DNA of 64,000 bases from Malacoraja senta (taxonomy: Eukaryota), in NCBI GenBank assembly GCA_038087875.1, contig CM075979.1:86614001-86678000 (forward strand), written 5' to 3'. The position numbers and the translations under genes were made by a program. Under the pieces are notes generated by a model. That model made no database searches and was not told the origin of the DNA. It was given only the letters and a program-made list of their open reading frames with translations. Each line of letters starts with the position of its first letter. Positions within the stretch are counted from its first letter, which is position 1. This document shows, one piece after another, positions 21,814-32,580 of the stretch.

Positions 21814-23271
21814 ATTAATTAGATCCAGTTCCACTCAATACATATGTTTCACGCTATGACTCCAGTTACCTTTGATAGAAAGGTATTGTTTTTCTTTGAA
21901 GGAATATTCACATAATATAATCCCATTAATTTTTGAAAACTCTATTTTAATTAACTTTTCCCTACTTTGGCTGAAGCTTTATTTAAAGTGGAAGGGGGAA
22001 CACAGTAGAATTCACAGCCAAGGCAATGGATTATGATTCTACGTTTCTCTTTGCACAAGCCATAGCCGAAAAGAATTTAAACAAGGTAACCTTCAAATAG
22101 CAGCATATGTTTGAAGAGGGGGTTTGAAAAGAGTCGGTTGTATGGCGCTTGTGGGTAATTGCTGATTGTAATTATTTTAAGATGTTCCAAGGTGTTAACA
22201 TAACTTCTGTCCTCCATCTTCCACACACTAAAAAGACATGTATAATACTAAGTAAGATGAAAGCCCGAACGGAAATGTTTTATTAGCCCAGTAAACTTGT
22301 GATCTACTCTCCACTAATTAATGTCTGTGTAACAGGTGCAGATTGGCATTTCAATGATGCCCTGTGCCGTAGAGCATTAGGCAGCAGTCTGGAGAGAACG
22401 CACATGGTTTCAATCACCTTGATCAGGGCCATACTGGATAGAGAGGTGCCAACAGAAGCAATGTGTTTCCTTGAGGGGATGGAAAAGTAGAACCAATCAC
22501 CACTGCTTTGTTTGCCTCCTGCTAACTAGCCAAAGAGCAGCATTGCGATGGCGGTGAAATAAGCTGTGCACAGAATCATACACCCAACTAGGGATGATCA
22601 GACATATTATATTTAATGTGTTTGAATTTATTTAAGGGTGATTACCTGCATAGGATAGGTTATGATAAGGTTATTAATCGGTTTTAAGCTGCCTTACTTT
22701 GGATACGACAGATCTGTGCGGGATTTGAACAGACGTGGAGTGGGCAAGATATCAAGATCAGACACTTTCATGCTGCTGGAAATGTATGTGTTTGATACTG
22801 GATAAAGATAAATTTAAACATAGTTATTTTGTACTCACAATGTCCACATTGAAACTCACTGATGTGAAGAATAGGTAGTGGGGCAAATTATTTTTAAAAT
22901 CAATTTTCAATTGTTCTGTACTATATATCAGCGTGAGATTTCAAGTCAAGTTGAGTTTATTGTCCTATGCACAAGTATGGTAAGGTCTGTGAAAATCTTG
23001 CTTGCAGCAGCATCACTGGGACATAGGCTGAGACAATTCCCCAAAACATAAATTATACCCAAATTACACTGAAATTCTACAAAATGAAAAGAGAAAGACT
23101 ATGCTAAACTAAACGTTGCAAAAAAAAAAAAAGACAATAGTTCAAAAATACACAATTACAAAACATTTAGCAGAATTGTTCAAAGAATTGCAGGAAAATA
23201 GGGGTTCTTTTCCACCCAAATGATGGTGAGGCTCTGAAACCAACTGCTTCAAATAGAGATGGTTGACTATA

Positions 23272-23420
23272 TAAGGTCATAAGTAATATGAGCAGAATTA
23301 AGCCATTTGGCCATCAAGTCTACTCTGGCCATTCAATCATCGCTGATCTATCTCTCCCTGCTAACCCCATACTCTTGCCTTCTCCCCATAATCCCTGACA
23401 CCCGTACTAATAAAGAATCT
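23272..23420 (-). mobile_element. CR1 3' end
   Basis: ataaggtcataag..gcagaattaagccatttggccatcaagtctactctggccattcaatcat. Confidence 0.8.
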
Positions 23421-25171
23421 CATTCTACTACTAATCTCCTTCAGCACTCCACATTTCTTTCCTCCCCCTCCTGTATATTTGAGGACAACAGCTTTCTGTT
23501 ACCTGACATACTTCTCGAAGCTGAGATTAGGTCAGGCAGGGTTTTTTTTAAACAGCACAGCTATGTCTGTGTCCTCTGTCACAAAAGGAAGCAGAAGGAA
23601 ACTGGAATGAGAGAGAGAGAAGAAATAAATAACAGTCAGAAACAATTTTTATTAGAATATTTTTTAGTTGGTCTTCATTTCTAGAGCATGTTGAAAGCAG
23701 TAAAAGACACACAATTCATGATATCACATATACTGGTATTGCCTCTTAAAAAGATGTAAATTCTATCTGATAATCCACATCTCTGCTAAATACATAAATC
23801 ATCAACTCATTTTTATGTTCTTTGGTTTTGGATGAGCACAACTCTTGTTGCACAATGCTCCCGCAGATGCTGTCTGACCTACTTGAGCTGCTAAACCCTG
23901 TGGTGACAGAGTCAGTTGAGACTTTTAGGAAACAAACTCTTCTTAGACTAAGCTTTTTGGAGGCAACCGTAGTGCAAAAAACAGCAAATGGTGGAAACCT
24001 GATATAAAAACTGAAAATGGTGGAAGTAGCACAATAGGAGGCATCTGTGAAGAGAGAAATAGTTGATTTTTCAGGTAAATGATCTTTTATTAGAACAAGA
24101 TATAGTTAGAAAACAAGTTGTGGATATGGGGGGGAGAGGAATAGAGGGAACAATAAATATGTGTAAGAGGGCAGAGCTCAAGAGAGAATAAATGAAACAA
24201 ATGTGCTTGTGAAGAGATGATGATTAAAGCTGTTTAATTGCAGAGGATATGCTTGGATGAGATGTGAGTCAAATTGGATGGATGTGGACAAAGGGAGAGA
24301 GAGAAAAATGCTTGAGATGTGAGATACAAAACTCTGCGGTTGCTGGAAATCTGAAATGAAGCAGAATAGTGGAATACTCAATAGGTCAGGCCGCCTCTCC
24401 GGAGAGAGTAAAAACTGAGTTAACATTACAGGTTGCTGACCTGCGCTGTGGAGCAAAGTGTGACAGGTGTTCCTGTGAGATCTATGGCATTTTGAAATAT
24501 GGTTTCAAGTTGCGCACCTGGAAGAGACGTTTCAGAAAGTGAGCATGGTGTAAAATGAAGGCAAAAAATGAAGAACGCTGCATTTTTAGATACCACTGAT
24601 TTTAGGTCAACAAATTAAAAAGCTACCTGGTTTTCAAGGAAGCTACTACATTAACAAAAATGTTTTCATGCTACTTCTAGAATAATGATAGAATAATAAT
24701 GCCACAGCTCTATCACCCCTGGAAATGTAGTTCAAAGACTTGATGACAGCAGGAATAGTAACACACCTCCTCTCCATTTTTTTAATCCTTTGGGCATTAA
24801 GGGGCTCAACAATGATAACCCTGTAAATGTAATTGGTCCATAAGCGACCTTGAAGTTTACACTGTGGTTAAGGGATTCATTAACTCTGAATCTAACAAAT
24901 TTGATGTCAATTTATCTTGTATGCAGAGGCTTAAAACCCATTCCTCTGTCTTATCAGGTTGGTATCACCAGGTCAGTTACTGAAGAGCAGTATCTGATTT
25001 CTTGAGATAGTTAGTTCCCACAATCTTGCTGCAAGAGAAATCCTACACACAGTGTTACTTTTAAGCTAAAAATTGACAGGAAATAGAAATTAACTGCAGC
25101 AACGCTGTTTTTTTACTGATCTTTAAAGTGTGAAGTAGCTCAGATTTAATATCTTACATTTGCTTTGCTCT

Positions 25172-25345
25172 GCACAAAATAAACTGCTGGAGGAACTCAT
25201 TGAGTCAGGCAGCATCTGTGGAGGAAGCGGGATGGTCAATGATTTGGGTTGATATCCTGCATCAGGAATGCTGCCTGACCCACTGATTTACTCCAGCAGT
25301 TTGTTTTTCTGCTCCAGATTACAGCGCCCGCAGTCTCTTATATCT
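25172..25345. mobile_element. Older PLE-derived fold-back element
   Basis: aaactgctggaggaactcattgagtcaggcagcat ... atgctgcctgacccactgatttactccagcagttt form inverted arms. Confidence 0.65.
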
Positions 25346-26877
25346 CCCTTCTCATGTTCTCTCCTCCTCTTGAAATGTTGTGTCATTTGAGACTATAGTT
25401 AGAGTTTATGTTATCCATATTCAAACATTTTCATCAAAAAGCATTGGTTAGTGAATAAACTGACATTTTATTCTTACAATTAACAATCAAAATGCCAATC
25501 ACTTAGCCAAAGCCCAACCCTACTAATTCAGCACAGAGAAGGGATCAAATCTGGGGATTTTCATTGTCCAGGCAGTTCAGCATCCAATAAGGGAACAAAT
25601 CAACCCACACAATTATAAGGGGAACTGTAGCTACTTTTTTCTAAATTATTTTTGTTCCAAAACCCTTCCAGATATTTTATTCCGGTGCTTTAGAATGCAC
25701 CATGCCCCCATTTCCCTTCCATGCGGCTCAATCCAGACCAAAGCTCACGGCATTTAAAAACAAAATTTACCTCACTTCAACAAGCAGAACATTGTAGGTT
25801 TGAGGTGAGAAAAAATGTATACTTAACCCCAAACATAACTCCTTATGCTTTAATATCTTCTGGTTGCACTTACTTTAGATGGGATACAAATGAAATGATG
25901 AAAATTCAAGGGTTTGGAGAATAACTCTTTGTTAACAGTGGGATCAGTGACTGCATTTATTTGAAATTGAAATGTATTTGGTGACATTATGAGCTAGCCT
26001 GAACGTCTTCCGGAGGTTAATGCTCTGCCATTCACTAAGTTCTCCCAGGAAAATTTGAATCAACCTAAGTGCATTACGTGGGCTGTTAGAAGCAAGTGTT
26101 TTCAACAGTTTGATTGGAATAGTAACAAATTATGGTTTCTATCAACTCTCACAGCCTCGTGTTCACTAATCTCACTGATAATTTGTCAGTGAGTCATGAA
26201 CTTCTTTCCTTGCAGCATGGAAGGCAGAGCGAATGGATTAAAATAACTACATGCTCTTGACAATCCTGTTGAGACGGGTCCATTCAATTGCAGTAATGTT
26301 AGAGTTGTGCACAAGTGAAATTGATCAAGTGGCTGTCGAGAGACATATAAATAGATGCCAAGAGTTATGCACACAAGTATAGTGAGAAAGAAATGGAGAC
26401 AGTCATGCAGGTAAAACTGTGAGAGATATCTATTCATGTAGACCATAATATTCATACGACAGATGAAAGGTGAAATGAAGCACTGATCCTGAAAAGCATA
26501 CAGAAAGTTCTAAAATATTTCAGAACACTAGAGAAACTGAAAATCTTTTTTTTTTAAAGCAAGGAGTTCTCAGGAGTTTTAATAGTATTGACATGGAAAG
26601 TTGATTCTACTTCTCTCTTCACAACTGCTGCTTGACCCTCTGAATGTTTTCCAGCATTTCTCATTTCATTTCTTGCACAGAAGTCTGGTTCTACGGTTGG
26701 AGAAGCACAAATGGGCACACAGGTTATTGTAGGATGTATTCACATAAACAACAAAGGATTTATACAGGGAACAACAGGGAATCGGTACGTGCACTTTCAC
26801 ACGTAGACCTAGCAAAGGTATACACATGCACAGTCTTTAGAAGCAATTGGAGATTCATAAGCTGAACATGGATGTTT

Positions 26878-27097
26878 AGATAGACACAAAATGCTAGAGT
26901 AACTCAGCAAGACAGGCAGTATCTCTGGAGAGAAGGAACGGGTGACGTATCGGGTCGAGACCCTTCAGACTGAAGAAGGGTCTCGACCCGATACGTCACC
27001 TGTTCCTTCTCTCCAGAGATGTTGCTTGTCCCGCTGAGTTACACCAGCATTTTGTGTCTATCTCCAGTTTAAACCAGTATCTCTAGTTCCTTCCTAC
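26878..27097. mobile_element. Palindromic PLE-derived element (two head-to-head arms)
   Basis: Arms ~26878-26966 and ~26974-27063 are reverse complements; imperfect flanking repeat ac(a/g)tggatgtt(t/c)agata at 26866-26882 and 27098-27114. Confidence 0.85.
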
Positions 27098-27879
27098 ACG
27101 TGGATGTTCAGATATTAGTCTTGAAGTTCTGTGGGGGGGTTTTCAGTCTCCAGCAGTAACTTTGTTGAGAGATTGGCAGAGACCCCAGGGAAATGATGTT
27201 AATGCTGAAAATAAGTAGTTTTGTCAGGATTTTGCTGGCCTCTGACAGAAGTTACAACAGAAGATATATTACTGAACTCAAACTTAAACAAGCTTCGCAA
27301 TGCATGCATGGCCATTTTCCCTGAGTTTAATTGAGTTTATTGAATGAAACCATGAAAACTTTTTTGAAGATTGTTGTATCAGTAAAGAACTTTTTTTTTG
27401 ATGGTTAGTTGCTGATAATCACTTGCTATGGCAAAAAGTAGATTGGGAAATGTTGAAAGGAACATTCAAGAGCTTTTTGAATTAATCCACATACCACATT
27501 GTCATAAATGTGAATTGCATCCTGGCAGTTCCTGGGATGTGCAGAATTTATATGAACCCTTCAATGAAGAAAACCAACCCAAGTCATAATAGCATGAGAA
27601 AACAATTAGTGTTGTTGAACCCAACCTCATCCAATTACTGCCTCAGGCACGTATCCATTTACCTATTATAACTTAGCTTGCTATCATAATTTTTCAAGTT
27701 GCCTGCCTTACATGGGCATTTGGCAGATTGAACTTTCAAAGTGAGCTGATCTAATACAAAGATTTTGGCAGTACAGAATTATTTTGTTAATGTTTAGAGT
27801 GTTTCTGATACAGATTCGGATATTTGCAGCACCATCGTTCATTCCGAATTGCTCTTACTGCACTTTATTCCTGTCACAT

Positions 27880-28285
27880 TAGGTATTAATTGGACAAACT
27901 TTGTTTTCACTCGAGCATCAGAGGTTGAGGGGAGTCCTGATAGAAGTATGTAGAATTATGAGAGGTATATAGAAAGTGGACAGTCAGAACCTTTCTCCCA
28001 GGGTGGGAATGTCAAGTAGCTTTCAGCAGGGCAATGTTTAAAGATGATGCGCAGGGCAGGTTTTTGCACGGAGAGTGGTGGGTGCCAGGAACGTGCTGTC
28101 GGGGTGGTGGTAGAAGAAAATAAAATAGTGGTATTTAAGAGGCCTTTGACAGGTACATGGATATGCAGAAAATGGAGGAATATGGATCATGTGCAGGCAT
28201 GCAAGATTAACGGCATCATGTTCAGCGTAGACATTGTGGGCTAAAGTGCCTGTTCCTGCGTTGTACTGCTCTATGTTCTATGGTG
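27880..28285 (+). mobile_element. CR1 3' fragment
   Basis: gaggttgaggggagtcctgatagaagtatgtagaattatgagagg (RLRGxLIEVxRIMRG)..gtgggctaaagtgcctgttcctgcgttgtactgctctatgttctatg. Confidence 0.8.
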
Positions 28286-28293
28286 CTGTTTGT

Positions 28294-28600
28294 GGGCGGC
28301 ACAGTGGCGCAGCGGTAGAGTTGCTGCCTTACAGGGCCAGAGATCCGTGTTCTATCCTGACTACGGGTGCTGTATGTATGGAGTTTGTACGTTCTCCTTG
28401 TGACCGCATGGGTTTTTTCTGGGTGCTCTGATTTCCTCCCACACTCCACAGACGTGCAGATTTGTAGGTTAATTGGCTTCTGTAAATTGTAAGTTGTCCC
28501 TCGTGTGCAGGGCAGTGCTACTGTAAGAGGTGATCGCTGGTTGGTGCGGACTTGTTGGGCCAAAAAGTCTGTTACCTCGCTGTATCTCTAAAGTCTAAAG
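28294..28600 (+). mobile_element. tRNA-derived V-SINE (HE1-like)
   Basis: A-box (agtggcgcagcgg), B-box-like gttctatcc, V-domain ggagtttgtacgttctcc, tail ctgtatctctaaagtctaaag. Confidence 0.85.
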
Positions 28601-31600
28601 CTTGATGTCTTGCTTAATTTTACCAGAAGCAATACTGTGATTACTTTTTAAGTAATGTTGCACTTGGAGAATCCAGTTTTAAATATATTTTGTCAGGTGT
28701 TGGTCTAAATGTTTTACTGACTGTCAGAATAGTTGGTTCCATGTTTAGCCATCCTTATCTCTGATTCTATCTTCGTGCAGATCAGTCCTTTAAGAAGCAA
28801 ACAAAGCTCATTAATTGATAAATGAATAGATGCGCCAACAGGCATTACACTAAGCCTCACGGATCAAGAAGATCACAGTTTGATCTGGGCCAGGAAAGGA
28901 CTGAGACAGGTTTATTTGAACATTATCCTGAGGTAGATAATCAGTCAGGCTAACAGCTCCCAGTTGATAAACCTTAGAACCTGAAACTGTGTGGGTATTG
29001 GTTAATGATAGGATAAGTCTTTACGGTGATGCATGTTAGTCAGGTACTTTCCATTTAATACTTGTTAACCAGTACCTCTCACCACTGAGAAGTGTACCAG
29101 GCAGCAAGGAAGGCAGACACTTGCATAGTTTCAATCGTTTTTAATTGACAGTGTTCTAGGTTTCAATTACTGTTTTGCAAAGAAATGTCTGTTTGCTTGG
29201 CTGACTGTAAGCACCCAATGTTTTTTTTTAAACATAATTTTCAGTCCATTTATTTGTGAAATTATCTCCATTACGCAAATTGAGTACATTCGACTGATAT
29301 AAGATACAAACGGGCAATATGATACACTTGGGCTTGGTGTGCAGCTCAGTTAATGACAGATCGTGATGGGTTGGAGAAATGTTTCAGACGTATTTTCTTC
29401 CTGTAACAGTTTAAGAGACTCCGCACTTTCTGTCAAGGCAAGCTTACACGATGCATGTAATTGTGCAGGTGGGAGCTAACTTATTTTTCTTGTTATTTAG
29501 AGAGCCAGTAAAATGGCATACAAGTTAATTCTCGCAATACCTCTGTGACAGCTCAAAATAAAGGAATAGATTCAGAGTAGCAGCTTAATTTTACATGTCT
29601 CATATCTAATCTTTAACTTCTTTAGGTGGCTATCGTGAAGAAAAAGTTACTCCATTATAATAATTGATTTAATATTTTCAAACAAAACATCAAATGTTTT
29701 TTAAAATGACCATTTTGCACTTTCTGAACTTTTGATGAGGAATTAGTATTTCTGTTCACGAGTAAGATTTGGAAATAATATCTGATTTTATTTACCTTTG
29801 GGGATCAGACTTTTTGCTTGGTGCATGTAAATATTATTTTATGTTTAATTTTGTTCCCTCCTACTTTTTTAATCAAATTTGTCCAGCTTATATGGTAGTG
29901 TTTTACCTCTTAAATCGGCATCCCTTCTTCCCAGAGTTATTTTGTTGCATGTTGCCAGAGGGGAAAGAGGATCAATCTACTTGTCCATCTTTCATATTCT
30001 GGAGAATTAGCATCATGGTGCAGTCCCTATATTTTGTGGTTGTATTGCAATATCAGATTTATTTTTCACTATTAATGAAGACAGAGCAACTGTTATTCTG
30101 CCAAATCAAAAATACAAATATTGCATCTTTACAGAGTAGAGTTTGGTTAAATTCAAAACTTCTCTTGGTGTCAGGTTACACTGTCTCTTAAACTTTTCAA
30201 ATGCAATATAATATCTAATATTTCATGGCAATCTCTCAGAAGATGAACAGCACTAAATTAGTAGTATTTGAAAACATCTTGCATTCATTAAGACATCTAT
30301 TATACAGCTCGGTGTAGTATCAAACCTTAGATTAATAACTCAACAAACCACAGAAATTAGTGATGGCAAATAAGTTAATAAATTAGAAACGCATAAACCA
30401 CTTCGATTTGGGAGTCTCGCAGGCAATCTTCCATCAAACTTGATGGAAACTAATGGCTTGAATATAGATAATGGGACAATTAACATGCTCAAATAACATT
30501 ATTACAGTATTTATTAACATCCAAATTCAATATCAGACTCCACATTGTATGGCTGACTTTTAAATGTAGGCATGGTTACTTTTAAATGATGACATAGATC
30601 TATGGAAGTATTTGAGAGTTTTCTGAACTCCATTGCAAATCATCATCTAGAAAACGGTAACATTGGACAGTGAATACTTCACTCTTGTTACTTTGCTGTC
30701 CCCTTCCTGATTCCTCACCTCCCTCTGTATGTAAGTAGAGAATCAAAGCATTTCACATGAAGTCCGTGGCATGGAAGTATAGAAAGAGTTTGCCCTTGAT
30801 TACTGTTTACAAGGTATCTGACTACAATGAGATTGTTATGCAAGTCAATGAAAGGCATTTAGGAAGTATAAGCAGAGTCTTCATTGTGTAGAAGGACAGA
30901 CTATTATATTATTTGAAGGCACTGAAGTCTTGAGAACTCCAAGGCTGGTGAAACTTGGTCGGACAGGAGACTATCATAAGTCTCTTTGACTTGTATAATC
31001 CAATTGTAAACAAGCTGAAAGTACTTTTAGGTAGCAGTATTATGCAAGTGTGTTCATAGGACTGTGAGTGAAGCTTCAGAAATCTTGGTATTTGTTAAAG
31101 TGTTTGGACTTCTCACATCGTGACACTCGTTCATCGGCTAAGGGTTGAAATTCCTCTTTATTCAATAGGGTATCGTGCTTTATACATCTTGGACAAATAT
31201 TTGATAATGTCCCCAAAGGTGGTCAGAAATAAAGTCAAAATATAAACATTTAAACATTGTGATTTTGACATCCACTTACACCACTATTCTTGTGAAGATA
31301 TTCCACTGGAAAATAGCTTGATAAGTGAATGGGCCTCCGCTGTGCTGTGCATCTGATGTGGGACAAATCAGTCTATGGTGCTTCTGCTGTACCATGTCTG
31401 AACTGGAATCTTTGTTTGGCTTCACCCCTTTCTTACAACAATGCAAAATGTGAGCACCTAAACTGTTGCTTCAAAGCTGTAGCTGCCATTAATAGTAACA
31501 TGAAAAACAACAATAAAAAAAGAATGGTACAAAAGAGCCTCATTCACCTGCTGTCCAAATGAGCCTCATTCATCTGCTGTCGGCTCTTGGAAAATGTGAT

Positions 31601-32224
31601 GGATGATACATTTTAACAAGACTAGACTTTAAAGAAATGTACTAGTAATAATAGAATAAACTTTCAAACTTCCATAAACTCCTCACGTTATGTGATTTTT
31701 TTTTTCTACTTCCCATTTTTAACAGGCTGAAAAATGTTTAAATTCTTATAACCAAACAGTACCATGGTTTTGCTGTGAAATGAAATTGATACAGCTGGGC
31801 TTGCTTTGTGCACATTTTCGATCATGATAGGGACATTAAAATGTTTCCAGAAGCCGCCTGTTCTGAAGCCCCACTTGGGGCATTAATCATGTATGGTCAA
31901 TAAGGACGTGACTTTCTCTATTCCATGATTGTAATTTGGTTGTTTTCACTTTTCTTGAACTGAAGTAGTGTTGTTTGACAATACGCCAGCAGTTTTACTT
32001 TCTAGGTATTTTAAACAAAAATGGCATGGTGGTGTGCAAATAATATTAATGACCAATATCATGGACCAAAGAACATAGTGATGTATATCTAGTTACCTGC
32101 TCAGGAATAGTCCCAGTTGCTATTATATTTCCTTTTCAAAATGTCAAGCAAAGATCAAATGTCCCACCACAGGTAGAGAGGAAGAATTGTTTCTTAACAA
32201 CTATAATCCATGCATTACCATTCA

Positions 32225-32305
32225 TTCAGTAGGTGACCCGCCAAGTTACTCCTGCATTTTGTGTCCTTTTTTTGTAAACCAGCATCTGCAGTTCTTTGTA
32301 TCTCC
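32225..32305 (+). mobile_element. PLE-derived terminal fragment
   Basis: tgacccgccaagttactcctgcattttgtgtcc..aaaccagcatctgcagttc. Confidence 0.6.
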
Positions 32306-32469
32306 ACTCCCATTCACTACTCATTTTCAAATTTGACTGGGAACGAATGTTCAGCCTCTTGTATTGACCATGGTTGATGCTTGGTGCGTGGAGCTTCAGT
32401 TAGATTAAAAATCTGAGGAAAATCCTCTGCATGGATCCTCATTGGAAAAAAAAAATCAAACTGTAAGGA

Positions 32470-32580
32470 AAGAAATAACTTGCATTTATAAAATACCTTT
32501 CACAGCCTCAGGAAGTCCCAAAGCACTTCACAGCCAATAAATTACTTTTGAAGTGTGGTCACTGTTATAATATAGGAACT
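32470..32580 (-). mobile_element. Ancient DeuSINE (SacSINE1/AmnSINE1-like) 3' relic
   Basis: aacttgcatttataaaatacctttcacagcctcaggaagtcccaaagcacttcacagccaat..ttttgaagtgtggtcactgtt matches the recalled reverse-strand 3' end of this family. Confidence 0.6.

Noticed and set aside
22335-22490. GPCR-like WHFNDALCR motif
   Set aside because: No flanking transmembrane segments or DRY-region similarity; likely chance
28294-28370. tRNA gene (also 38956-39030)
   Set aside because: tRNA-derived heads of SINEs continuing into V-domain and LINE-like tail; no complete cloverleaf
28840-29030. Ancient LF-SINE/LmeSINE-like relic
   Set aside because: Similarity too degraded to support by eye
29769-30191. 140-aa hydrophobic ORF
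   Set aside because: AT-rich composition-driven ORF with non-ATG start and no recognisable family
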